DNA from: Octopus vulgaris
Lineage: Eukaryota
NCBI GenBank assembly: GCA_951406725.2
Contig: OX597821.1
Coordinates: 46,500,001-46,564,000 of the forward strand
DNA length: 64,000 nt
Direction: 5' to 3'
Shown here one piece after another: positions 1 to 13,564 of the stretch (positions are counted from its first letter, which is position 1; the number at the start of each line of letters is the position of its first letter). A model generated the notes under the pieces. It worked only from the letters and a program-made list of their open reading frames with translations. It made no database searches and was not told the DNA's origin. Made by a program: the position numbers and the translations under genes.

Positions 1-567
1 ATGTATTGAAAAAATCACTAAACCTGTTTGGAACAGAATTCATGGAGCTATTTAAAATGTGGGATATCCCCATTAGTGTTCTCTGAGAAAATGTAGTCGG
101 CACGGTTGAAAGTTCAAATGAAGTCGAACAACTGAAACAAAAAATTTTAAAATCGTTTCCAAATGTTTTTTTCGGAAGGATCAGGCTGTTGCGCTAAAAT
201 AAAAGCGAGGATCGCGGTAAGAGAAAAGGCAACACCTGGTTTTAGGCCCAAACGGAATGTGCCGTTTACGGCATTGGAACAGGCCAATAAAGAGCTAGAA
301 GGACTTGACAGTCGAGCTATAATTGAAAAAGTCGACTATTCAGACTGAGCAGAAAAGAAATAATAAACTAAGTGTGTGTACGGACTTTTCAACAGTAATT
401 AAATGACTGTTTAATCGAACACAGCTATCATTTTACCACGCCCAGAAGTGTTTTCAAAACTAAATGGAGAAAAAATTTCTCTAAGTTAGACCTCTCGGAG
501 GACTATCTACAGATACAGGTAGAGGAAGATGACGCACACCTTTTAACAATCAATACACGCCGTGGAT
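1..567 (+). mobile_element. Decayed Gypsy/Ty3 LTR-retrotransposon pol fragment (N-terminal part of RT)
   Basis: ORF 163..348 reads FRPKRNVPF..ANKELEGL...IIEKVDYSD(W->stop). Frameshifted continuation gives VCTDFS, SKLDLSEDYLQIQVEEDDAHLLTINTRRGL, typical of Gypsy RT. Truncated by the window start and by the mariner at ~568. Confidence 0.85.
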
Positions 568-1203
568 TGAGAGGAGTGTCTGAGTTGTACACAAGTGTAC
601 GAGTGGTTCAAACGTGTCCAAGATAGCTGAAAAAAATGTCGATATTGCCGAACGTTCTGAGAGACCCGCAACCAGCAGAACTGAGAAAAACATCGCAAAT
701 GTGCGTGCAGCTGTGGGGGCAAATCGTCGAATCACCAACCCTGAGTAATCAGAGGATGTGCAGATTAGTTACGGTTCAGCTCAGTTTGTTGTCACTGAAG
801 ATTTGGGTATGAGACGCGTGTCTGCCAAGTTTGTGCCAAAACAGCTTTCAGCTGACCAAAAAGGCACTCGGGTTTCAGCTGCACAAGATCTCCCTGATTG
901 TGTCGAGACCGATGAAAGCTTTTTGAAAACTTTGCATAGATCCTTAAGCAGGTATCGCCAAACTTTTGGCAAAACTTGATGCAGATTCTCTGGTCACCTT
1001 TCTCTGTCATGGACAATGCGACGATCACACGCTACATACATTCGTTCCAAGCACTGCTGTAAGCAGCGGAAGTGAGATAGAACGTTAAAACTTAGTGCGC
1101 ATGCGCAACAGAGTTTAAAGTCAATCTACACCAAGCGTTACTATGCGTGCTTTAGCTTTGTTAGTATGTCAAGAATCCGGATATTTATTGATCAGACTTA
1201 GTA
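562..1203. mobile_element. Mariner transposon remnant with internal inversion
   Basis: Minus strand 1203->~917: TIR-like TACTAAGTCTGATCAATAAATATCCGGATTC, then N-terminus MTEKGDQRICIKFCQKFGDTC. Plus strand ~562-930: EECLSCTQVYEWFKR...ERS.RPATSRT...EDLGMRRVSAKFVPKQLS (WVPHEL-type motif)...DESFLK. Confidence 0.85.
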
Positions 1204-1211
1204 TGTGTACA

Positions 1212-1302
<91 letters not shown>

Positions 1303-1341
1303 ATGTGTGTGTATAAAAAGAGAGAGGAATAGAGAGGGATA

Positions 1342-1428
<87 letters not shown>
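1200..1428. repeat. Compound microsatellite (TA)n/(TG)n/(GATA)n/(GA)n
   Basis: Direct reading; representative of dozens of such tracts in the window. Confidence 0.95.
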
Positions 1429-1434
<6 letters not shown>

Positions 1435-1960
1435 AATTCTTAAGTTAGTTCGACAAAAAATTCAAATAATTAGGTACATTGTATCCTACTTAAAATGATG
1501 AATCGAATATCAGCCATTCTTATTAGGTGCAAGGTTGAGAACTCACGAAATTTAAAATACGCCTAAATTTAAATGATATTATGTGGTGGTAGGTTTGTGT
1601 GATTCTTACACGTCAGCGAAGTGTAGTCCATTAAATGGTTGATAAGTTCATAGAAAGACTACTATCAGATTTTTGTCTAATGAAAAGCTACAGGCTGGTA
1701 AGTTTAAAATAACGACACTCGAAATTTTCCCGAGGAGCTAATACAAGAACAAATATTTAAGCAAGCTACCATATGTGTTGTGGCGAGCGGAAAATGATTT
1801 TCTTTTAACTGAAATTATAACGCTAAGGGCAAAAGGACGTCATTAACTTTTGATCACTCCAAGTATGGTAGTTAGCATTTAACTATGCACCCATCCATCC
1901 ATCTATCCATCTACACATACCCTCATATACATACATACATACATACATACATACATACAT

Positions 1961-2017
<57 letters not shown>

Positions 2018-4479
2018 CATACATATATACATTCATACATGCATACATACATACATACATACATACATACATACATACATACATACATACATACATACAT
2101 GCATATATATATATTGAATTACTTCCCCAACAGGAATGGGAAAATTAACCCGTGGTAGACTTCACTCTATTGCAAGTAATCAGTTCAAGTCTTCAGTTAG
2201 AGAATAATTTCCATCCTTCCTTCTACAACTAACCGATGCCCCGAAAGAAAAGTTCCTCCTATGACTAAGTCATCAAAATATCTATTACAAATACATGTAT
2301 TTATGTTTTTTATGGACATTTGTTTGTAGTTTTAAGTTATACTTCGATTACTTTATTGTCTTCCACTTGATCAGTTTTCTGACAACAAAGACGGCTCTTT
2401 CATTTAAATAGCACTAATTTACTAATTTCTTCATTAATGTACCAGAGAATATAAGCTATGTATTTTGTTGATTGGTCAATATATAAGGGGGAAAGATCTC
2501 TCAGATCTACGCAAATCAATAAAATGAAAGGGGAAAGTGCATGAACTTCAAAGGAGCCAGCAGGCAACACAGATTTAGATTTGGAAAACTTCTTGATAAT
2601 TTTTGTTTTGTTTTATGCTTTTATTAAGTTTCTATATATCATGAACTAGTGAGTATACGATGAAAGAGACCAGTTAGTATTTTTAGCAATGATGCATAAA
2701 AATCGATTTTGACTCTTGTTATAGATATGAACAGTAACATAACACCACCAACAACAACATCAACGATAATAACGACAGCATCTACAGAAGTTTCACTCGC
2801 CAGACAGGAAACTGCTATGTAGTCATTCTAATTGCTAGAAGTACCAGTCAAACGTTACTCATATCACATTGTAGCGTCTTTAAAAACGGAAGGGGTTCAC
2901 TGGATAGTGTAGAGTTCAGAAATTGTAATGTAGTCCTAAAAACAATGTGTTAGAAAGCAAAAACGGGATGCTCCCTACTAGAAGGGCTGTTTTCTCAGAT
3001 CTATGCGGTAAGTAAAAAAGCAACAGTAATAACCAGAATAATTGTCTGAAATGTATTGGTAAATTGACATTAGAAATATCAATAAAGCAAAAACAGCTAA
3101 ATTGAAAATATTTAATTTATGAATTAAAATAAAAACAGTAAAAATATATCAAAAATAAATAATCAAAGCTCAGTAACATAAGGAATTCTTAAGTCTAATT
3201 ATTCTCGCTTCTGGTCATTAGTTTTCTTTAATTAATATATTGTACTATATTTTAGTGGTAATTAACCATTTCCATAAAATTTACTGGAGATGAAGGTCAC
3301 TTTCTCCAGCTTGTACATAAACTAACGGCTGAATTTATCAAAGTTGATTTTCACCCCATCTACCAAAATAATTGATACGGAATATTGGAATATAGTATGC
3401 TGTATTCCAACATTCTCGAATTTCAGGAAAAAGAGGACAAAACTCGAGGTTGTTATTTTTTTTAATACTTAGTTGAGGAGACAGCTGCCACCTTCACTTG
3501 CAATGAGTATTTTTTTCGCATGTTCTAGTAGTTCAGGAAAAAAAGAGTGCTTTGCCCTACGTAATTGATTAGTTCCTGTTCATATCCGAATGAGCAGATC
3601 AGTCAACACTACCGTTCCAGTTGTGATTACACAATAGTTTTGTACACAGGGACAATATTTATTTTTAATTTGTCGAGGAACCGTAGAAAGTTCTTTATCG
3701 CTTGATGCTCTTTTCTGATGAATGCTATGGTGGTGAGATGGAGACATGGTCTGCAAAAGTGTAAACTCAGCTAAAAGGCACACAATACCAAGGTTGTGGT
3801 GTAATTGATTTCTGCATTTTCTTCAAATCATATAAAAGAAATCACATAAATTATACATATGAGGGATATTTGTAAAGTATATCTTCGATTTTCAAACTGA
3901 ATATTCTTACAGAAACTAATCTGACATTCGAATCAAAGCTAGTGTTATTGTTTGTTTCCTCTCATTTAAAACTATATAAAAGACTGCTGTAAATGACTCA
4001 CTGGTAACTCGAAGAATGTGAAAATTTCCGCGGTTTAGTTACCCTTTCTGAGATAAATAAGGTATATACAAGCAGCGAATGAGCTTCTATATTTTCACTC
4101 GATAATTTTCATCATATTACACTCTCGCTTTCAAAAAAAGAGTGCCACATTGCATAATATATCCCTAGATATACAATATCCAAAAGGAAACAGACTGGCT
4201 TCGGCTAAAATGTTTTTGATCAAAGGTGTGCTCAGTCACAGACCGAAGAAAATCAACACCAAAATTAACATACTAACAGAAAAAAATGAAAACTAGTTCA
4301 GCTAAGATTCATTAGATTTCTTTTCAATTTCAGCTTATTGAATAAAGTTTTATGTTAACACAATGTTACTAATATTAGGTGGTGCTCACTAGAGCATCAG
4401 ACAAAATGCATTTCTGTATTTGTTCCGGCATATTACGCTCTTAGTTCAAAGGTCGTAATTTCGTTGTATTCTTGCGTAC

Positions 4480-5184
4480 GACACTTAATTTCACGTTGCT
4501 CCAGTCTATTCAGCAGGAAAAAAATGAGTTGTACATGCGATTGAAAGAGCCGTCCATGTCACATTCTGTGTTACAACTAAGGCGGCGAGCTGGCAGAATC
4601 GTTAGCACACCGGGCGAAATGCTCGGCGGTATTTCGTCCGTCTTCACGTTATAAGGCGGCGAGCTGGCAGAAACGTTAGCACGCCGGACGAAATGCGTAG
4701 TCGTATTTCGTCTGCCATTACGTTCTGAGTTCAAATTCCGCCGAGGGCGACTTTGCCTTTCATCCTTTCGGGGTCGATAAATTAAGTACCAGTAACGCAC
4801 TGGGGTCGATATAATCGACTTAATCCGTTTGTCTGTCCTTGTTTGTCTCCTCTATGTTTAGCCCCTTGTGGGTAACAAAGAAATAGGTATTTCGTCTGCC
4901 ATTATGTTCTGAGTTCAAATTCCGCTGGGTTAGACTTTGCCATTAATCCTATCGGGGTCGGTTAAATAAGTACACTGAGGTCTATGTAACCGACTTAATT
5001 CCTTCCCCCCAAATTTGAGGCCTTGTGCTTCCAGTAGAAAAGATTCTGCGTCACACTGAATCTCCCTGAGAACTACGTTAAAGGTATGTTTGTTTGGAGA
5101 GCTCAGTCACTTGCACGTTAATTTCACGAGCAGGCTTTTCCGTTGATCGAATCAACGGGAACACTCGTTGTCGTAACCGACGGA
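4480..5184 (+). mobile_element. Old tRNA-derived SINE (family C, same as 47446-47801) interrupted by two nested family-A SINEs
   Basis: 5046-5184 (gtcacactgaatctccctgagaactacgttaa...gtcgtaaccgacgga) matches the reverse complement of 47455-47592. A TSD-like pair attctgtgttacaact (4563-4578) / attctgcgtcacact (5043-5057) flanks the insert. Confidence 0.65.
4579..5042 (+). mobile_element. Two nested family-A tRNA-derived SINEs (Meta-domain-like core)
   Basis: Heads GGCGGCGAGCTGGCAGAA at 4581 and 4655, B-box GAGTTCAAATTCC, core GCCTTTCATCCTTTCGGGGTCGATAAATTAAGTACCAG. Inner copy is 4653-4885; the outer copy resumes at 4886. Confidence 0.85.
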
Positions 5185-5657
5185 TAGCTAGGTCAGGAGT
5201 ACATTGTTGTCACATCAATGCTATCTACGTTTTACACGCATATACACATTCTTATACTCACACACATTCAAACATTCACTTACACACACTTTCTGAAAGC
5301 GGATCCCATTAAATTGGGTAAAAAAATGCGTTCGAATGTTTAGCCATGATTGGAAAGCGCCCAAACTGTTGAGAAAAGATTGAACAGGATGTCTTTTGTA
5401 TTTTAATCTTTATTTATTTATTATATTTGTATTATGCTGAAAAACCGCATGAACCGATTTCCTATTGATACAATGACTTCACACTCCTTTGTGCTTGTAA
5501 TTTTCTTTCAAGAAAAAAAAAGCCCTAAGAAAGAAAAACACATTGCAAGCGCTTTTTTTTTTTTTTTACATAATAATCAAAATCTGAAGACGATAATCCC
5601 CTAAAGTTGTTTAAGCTATGCGTCAGTGTAGTGAAATATCCAAGGAATTATGTTAAT

Positions 5658-5890
5658 TATTTCTTTACTGCCCACAAGGGGCTACACACAGAGGGGACAA
5701 ACAAGGACAGACAAACGGATTAAGTCGATTACATCGACCCCAGAGCGTAACTGGTACTTAATTTACCGACCCCGAAAGGATGAAAGGCAAAGTCGACCTC
5801 GGCGGAATTTGAACTCAGAACGGAACGGCAGACGAAATACGGCTACGCATTTCGCCCGGCGTGCTAACGGTTCTGCCAGCTCGCCGCCTT
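5658..5890 (-). mobile_element. Family-A SINE, full length
   Basis: Near-identical reverse complement of 4653-4885. Confidence 0.9.
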
Positions 5891-6343
5891 TAAACGAATG
5901 AAAAACTGAATACAGAGTTAATATATAAGTTTCGCGGTGAAAGAGTATTCGAGAAAAGTTCTTATGCCGTGGACTGCTTGTCCTTCTTACGAGAATAGAA
6001 AAGAAAAAAAAAAAGGTAGAGAGAAGAAAGAAACGTTTCATGAAATGAGATATGCTTGAATTACAATCGAAGAATACTGTCCTGAGTATTCTGTTTGTTT
6101 GCAGTGAACCAATAGCGCACGTTGAAACCAAATTTCTGTCAATATGTCCAAAACACTCAACATTAAAGACAGATTACAGAGACTGTACGAATACAGAAAA
6201 CATTACTGCTCCACATTTAACAGAAAAGAAATCGAAGTTGTTAGTCCAATCTTTCCGACATTTTAAACCACCTCCCAACACTACAGAGTACAAGAATAAT
6301 GATCCAGTAAGATCAATACCAGCTGAAGTCAAACATCACTGCT

Positions 6344-6450
<107 letters not shown>

Positions 6451-6749
6451 GAAACAAAGTTAACAAGCACGTATAAATAAAAAACTTAGGCAAGAGCACA
6501 ACATTAAGATTATAAGGAAAATATTTGATAGATCAAAATAATGTAAAGGCACAGAGAAAGAAAAACGTGATGGAAATTCGTACGATATAAGTTGAAATAA
6601 GCGAACAATAATCGGTGAGCATGTTTATAGACTTAAGTTGACTTTTCGAAACATACATACATGAAAAAGTGAACATTTATGGCGAATTAATGCGGAATTT
6701 ACAGCTCTTGTACCCTGTCTATGAATTCTGAATTGTACCCATCATCAAA

Positions 6750-7685
6750 GGTGCATTTGGACGGGTATAACCCTATCAATGATTTTTGTTACAAATAATG
6801 CCTATATCGGATTTAGAAGGACAAATCAATCTAACTGAATGGTCAAGAAGAAAGTTAGGTTTATGGTCCTTAAGCATAATCCGGAGTTTTCGAAGGTTTG
6901 GTTCTATCATCTATGGCTAGATCTCTGACGTTTTGTAGCCCCATATTGTTAGTTCTATTTACTACGTCGTTACTAGCATGTCTATATTTGCTGCGTAATT
7001 CCTTCCTAATCCTAGACTTATATAGATCAATATCAACAATATAAATGTTAATGGTTTTGTCCGCTGGTACAAGTATCCCCGGAGCTTTCTTGAAGTCGAC
7101 AAGTAATTTTCTGATTTTTTGTTGATGTATATTACACCTAGGGCACTTCCTGAACTTCACGTTCTCAACCATACTATTTATTTCTGGTTAGGTGCTGGTT
7201 GGTCGGTGGGTTCCTTCTGGATTTTAATACTTTTCTTAGTAGGTCACCATGTTTAGGTTTGTCATTTGGTTTAAGCTCCTTGTCGAAAAAGAAAGCTTTC
7301 CACCGCATTTGTTTTCTCCAAAGATCACGTATATAATCCTTCCTTCTGGGTCTGTGTATGTCCTTTAGCAAAGCATCCCGTGTTATTTTATCCATCGTCT
7401 TGCTAAGCTAATTGGTTGTGGTTAATGGATAATAAAACGAACGGTTTACACTTTCACAGTGATCGTTAGGTATATAGCAATTGAAAGATAGAAGATGGAA
7501 CATAGAGAATTTATTATTAATCACGACAATTGTTTAGACACATATAACATCGATTCCTCTTGGGTGGAGCACTCAACAACTGGCTCAGGTGCATCCGGTG
7601 GTGCAGGTGTATCTTGTCGGGTGATAAGTAAATACAACTCGTTAAAATGATGACTGTTCCGCAGTGTAACTTTCCGTTTTGTAGA
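6750..7685 (-). mobile_element. Penelope-like element fragment (ORF N-terminus to start of RT), preceded by a probable pLTR-like 3' piece
   Basis: ORF 7174..7395 has KDI.RP...Y...QMRWKAFFF and ORF 6870..7172 has LVPADKT.NIY. After a frameshift: LKDHKPNF....VRLICPSKSDIG. Upstream 7517-7685 contains RCYMCL, resembling the PLE C-terminal C-x2-C. Confidence 0.75.
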
Positions 7686-7691
7686 GAGAAA

Positions 7692-7740
7692 AACATGGCC
7701 GTAGCCAAATGACTGAAACAAAAGAATACAAGAAAGAAGA
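7692..7740 (+). mobile_element. 3' tail fragment of family-B SINE
   Basis: catggccgtagccaaatgactgaaacaaaagaata matches the tail at 42089-42125. Confidence 0.6.
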
Positions 7741-7746
7741 ATGTAT

Positions 7747-7813
<67 letters not shown>

Positions 7814-7991
7814 ACGCGGATAGGAAAGCATTCTTTTTTCTGTCGAGGGCTTATATGCCCCTTTATTAGACTGTTTTCCTTAGTCATTGCACGGTGATCA
7901 CCATAAGCTTTAGGCTTATATAAAATACCATTATTACTATTTATAGGATTGTAAACATCGTACCGTATATAAAACCATTCACACCGAAAGC

Positions 7992-8034
<43 letters not shown>

Positions 8035-10737
8035 TATTTAGAGAGAGAGAGAAATATATATATATATTCTCACTCACTTAACATCCAGATATGTATCAAG
8101 TGAACGATAATATTTTGAAAACAAAAGATTTTAATATTTAATTTTATATTTATATTTATATACGTGTGTCAGTGTGTGAAACTGAAAACTAAATGCAATT
8201 TACGATGAAAGTTTACAGCTTTATTTTGATTAAAATAGCATCTTTAGAGCAATTTTTTTGAATGCTGTTCGCCTGTTTTAGAATTTGTAACTGTCCACCA
8301 CTCCCATTCCATTTGTTGGTTCACTCTTCTTTCCTTAGCGTGACAGATGAAGCACACATTGCGTTTTAGTGCATGCAAGATTCAATATTTCCCTCGCATT
8401 GATTTTGAATATCACATCGTATATTCTCACGCAGGTCTGTAACAAAATATATAACCTCATAAACATATTGATTCCCACTTTGATATTGTATTTTTATCAA
8501 ATATCTCCACATTCTTTTCCACTATATCCCAGAACTGAAACGATGCGTTATTGGCCAACTCACTAAGATATTAGTCGGTGTACTGACAGGGAAATTTGGG
8601 CCAGGATATTTAACTCTTAATTGACTCATTCATTGAGGAGGAAGCTTGACCTACCAGACTTAGACGCTAAATATCCTTTCAATAATATCTTCAAACAGGA
8701 AGGTCACACTGAAAAATGCTATACAAAAATAGATGAGAAGCCTTTGATTATAGTTGGAGGCAACCGACGGTTGTTATCTGCAAACATCATCAGATTAGGA
8801 TGTTTTCCACTCACGAATATTGTATTTGTAGATTTCAGCTCCATGCTTGGAAAAAGTTAGCTACTGCTTGGTTGAATTTTTTTTAATTATAGAGGAGGAA
8901 TGGCAAGGCCCATGTGGCTGATTAGATTGTTGGGAGGAAATTATTTTGAGATTGGAGAATCGGCATGAATAGTTGCAAAAGGGTGGAGTCTACTAAAGAT
9001 ACCCAAGCGCCTAGATGTGGTGGTATTAAACCGATCGAGGGATGAAATCCACCACCTAAGACAAGAATGTTTTTCCGACTGGTTCCCACATAATGTTCTC
9101 GCTACTTAATTTCATATTCGAAATATGGTGGAACTGTTAGCTGTGATATTGCACAGTATGATCGAACCCAAAACCACATGACTTTAAAGCAACTGATTTC
9201 AGGTTCGATCACAACATGCAGTTTCAACCATAGTTGATGAAACAAAACAAAAAAGTTATTGCGTTTGGTTCATTGTTTATAATATATCTATATAGAAATG
9301 CATTTATAAAAAGAATTAATAATCTTATACTCTGGACTAGATCTAGTTTCGTCGTTAAAGATGACTCATTATTGTAGAAGCTTGAAGGAAAGACAGAAAT
9401 TACAATATGCGCGACAAGTTTGAGCAAGTCCGTAAAGCAACAACAGAGAGAAGTTCGCTCGATATGTTGTAACTGACCGTGCATGTTCTTAGAAAAGAGC
9501 AACTTTGTTCACTATGAGACATAATTGAAAACAAAGTAAGGATGGATTGCAGCACTCACAGTATCTCACTGCTCATTTGTATTTAAAATTCAATATATTG
9601 CTTAACGTACTATCATATGAAATATAATTGTCAGCTTGATATCTATTTTATTCAAGGTATATTAATCCGTGAGCCAGATGCCTTAGCATTTGACTATTGT
9701 AGCTGTCTCCGTTACAGTTATGGAGCATTGTTTCGTAATTATAACCTGCCACTTCTTTGTAGGCACAATTCGAGAAATTAAGAACGAGGTATAAGTTCTT
9801 AAATATGCATCGATACATGCATATGCACACATATATATATATTACACAGAGTCAATAAAATGTCCATATTGATGTGGACACGAGTGCGCGTACACACATA
9901 TGAATATATATATGAGTATATATATTAAGTCATCATAGTCGGGTAGAGAAAGAGAAGGAAGAAAGGGAAAGCGGAAGAAGAGAGTTAAACGAAATAAGTA
10001 CGAGAAAAAAGTATTACAAAATGGAGAATGAATAAGCTTTAGTAAAAAAGCCGAAAAATGAATAGCATCAACGAAAATAAGAACATTAGAAACCAAATCA
10101 GTAGGCCACTATAATACTATACACAACAGCTAATGCAACGAAATTAGCGACAACAACGGCCACAGCAATAACAACGACAATAACCGTAGCAGCATCCATA
10201 ACAAAAACTTTGTCAAAACATCAACAACGTTAGAAATTCAAGAAAAATAACTACCAGGTGTCTAGAAAAGCGAATTATATTGAAATGAAGAATTTCTGTC
10301 GTTCCTAAAGGGTAAAACATTGAGTGAAGTTTCAGTAAAGAGTGAGTGAAATGTTTTATTGTTAAAGTACAAATATCGGTATGGCATTTAGACTTTCTTT
10401 AACAATTCGAAGCATTTACTCTCGGTTGTGTGAATATCTTCAGGGCATTCAGAGAATCAAACAAAAACGTGACCTACAACAGGTTCAAACATATAATAAA
10501 ACAAACATCGAACATTAATCTCCCTCCGTCAAATCTCTCAATGTATTGCATGTTTTAACGAAACTTATCTTCAGGCATATCTAAATGCACCAATGATTAT
10601 ACATACATACATACATACATACATACACACGAGGTTGTGTGTATAAATAAATATATATATATATATAGATAGAGAGAGAAAGATAGAGAGAAGGAGTGTA
10701 AGAGAGAGATGGAGCGAAAGACAGAGAGGTAGGGAGT

Positions 10738-10774
<37 letters not shown>

Positions 10775-10986
10775 GCTCGGAAATGAGCATTCATATAAGT
10801 AAATGCACTCTAGAAAAGGAAGAAAAAGGAAAGACCCGAATAAACAGACTAATATGAATGAATAAATGGATCTCTATACAGGTCTGTCTGCATGTGTGTA
10901 TAAATGTATACTTGATAGTAAATGTGTTTGCATGTTTGTATACCCGTATGTATGTATCTATGTATTATGAATGTATCTGTCTACAG

Positions 10987-11107
<121 letters not shown>

Positions 11108-11199
11108 CCTGTCTGTCAGTCTGTCTGTCTTTGAGTCCGTCTGTCTTTCTGTCCATCTCTCTCTCTCTCTATCTGTATATACATACATAATACATATAA

Positions 11200-11292
<93 letters not shown>

Positions 11293-12379
11293 AGACGTTA
11301 TATATTAAGTCATAAGGAAAAGGTGAGTATACTTTGTAACAGGCGTAGCTTGAATGGTGATGTTTATTTATTTGAAATTTATTACTGAGCAGAAGTTTTA
11401 CAATGATCAAGTTCATATGTATATACATTCGAGTGCATTAATCATCGTCGATCGATTTTGATCTCATTATTTCATCAAGATAGTGCATGATATAAAGTAA
11501 TTTTCACTACTGTCTCTTTAAAATATTCGATAAGCTTGTTTATGTGCGACAGGCACCGTAACATATGTAAGCGAGACAATGTCTCCTAGAATAATCACAA
11601 ATGCATCCTGTAAATTTTATCTCAGAAACGATCTATATAACAATCTGCTTGTCGTTTCGCCCGTTAGACTTTGGTTAGTTAGAGAGGTGGAGGTGGAGGT
11701 AGAGTGAGGGAGAGGTGGAGGTAGAGTGAGGGAGAGGTGGAACGAAAGTGTGTGTGAGAGATAGATAGATAGATAGAGAGAGAGAGCGGGAAAAATGAGT
11801 TGAGAAGAAAGAAGAGAGGAGTATAATAATATACTAAGACCAAATGCATCACGTGGTTTGGTTAGTTGAGGGTAGAGGCGAAGTGTGAGAGAAAAAGACG
11901 ATGAGAAAAAGTGGAAGAGGGAAGTGTTAATGACGTACTGTAGGATGGGGTGTGGTAGGTGAAGAGAAAGAGAGAAATGTTCAAGACATGAAGAGGGGAA
12001 TTACATGGTTAAAAAGTTTGTTGAAGAAGTAGAGAAAGAAGGAAATATAAAGTGCATGGAAGAGGGGAATTTTAAAATGAAATAATATATTATTGTGACT
12101 GGAAATAAAATAACTTAGAAAAATAAAAATCAAAATCACCCTTTCTTAAATAACTTCTCCTAATCTTTTTCGTTCTGTGGAATTTCCACAGGTCCTACTA
12201 GTTAAGGTATAATTTCGTTGTCACTTGTCTTATCCATATAACATTGCCTAAACGAATGAATAAAAGCCAGAATAATAATTCAAATTTTCTTTTTCTTTTA
12301 AAAAATCGTTGCAAAAATATTTTCTTCATTAGAAGGAACGAAAATATTTTATATGTATAAGTGTAACACGCGTGCCACG

Positions 12380-12486
<107 letters not shown>

Positions 12487-13150
12487 ATACTTACATATTT
12501 GAAGTCTAGTAATTAGTCTTCTCTCCTTACATTTAACACGCTTATATACACGTGTACACTTAGATAGAAAACGCAGAAGAAGAATGAAGCGCAAAATCAA
12601 AGAAAACCCACAGAGTAAAATGCAAAAAGAAAAAAAGAAAACACGAAAAAGGAACAACAAAACAAAGCCAATACCGCTCTCGTGTGAATTAATCTTTAAC
12701 AAAAGGCAGACAGACGTTTGTTGATGCTGGCAATGTTCGAGTGTTCAGTTGATTGGATGAACAATAGCTGTGTCTGAGCGTGAAATTATAGAAACAACAA
12801 AAGCGCTGGCTTTTGTTGGGTGAAATTTACATTTAAGGCGAATGGATGGTGATAGATGTGATAGATGAATAAATTGTGTACGAGTGGATCGATGAGTGGT
12901 TAAATGAAGGATGGGTGTATGAACGGGTAGATGCATAGATGAATGATCGGGTGAATGTTTTGATGGATGAGTGTCTAGTGGACTTGGTAGAATATTCTTT
13001 TGACATAATTATGCCATTCGGATTGTTAACTTTTGCTTTAATGTCCCAAAGACTAGAATATATAAGAGAAAGAGAGAAAGAATGAGAAAGAGATGAGGCA
13101 AAGTAGGAAAACTGTTTATGTTTATTTGTATGTGCGTGTATGCATGCATG

Positions 13151-13196
<46 letters not shown>

Positions 13197-13377
13197 GGCG
13201 CACGTATATGTGGATATGTAAGTGTGTTTGTATGAGGGTGTTTATGTGTGTGTGTGTAAATAACACCAAATATTTACGTGAATGTAAAACGATATTCACA
13301 CAAACATCTGAATGAATAACAAGTCAGTTAGTGAGTTAGATAGAAAGGTATACAGAAAGAAAGAGAAAGAAAAAATT

Positions 13378-13419
<42 letters not shown>

Positions 13420-13494
13420 AAGAGAAAGAGAAAGAGAAAGAGTAAGCTAGATTTCACACACGCACACACAGACACACACACACACACACACACA

Positions 13495-13529
<35 letters not shown>

Positions 13530-13564
13530 CACTAAGGCAGAAGATTGAAAGAATAGTTAGATAA

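Noticed and set aside
2800-4230. Two weakly similar old repeat tails (~2800-3000, ~4110-4230)
   Set aside because: Too diverged to delimit or classify by eye.
7840-7860. CTGTCGA-gggc-ttatat-gccc hammerhead-like half
   Set aside because: No GAAA or cleavage triplet follows.
8621-8860. 79-aa complex-looking ORF
   Set aside because: No ATG start, no recognisable motif and no supporting splice structure.
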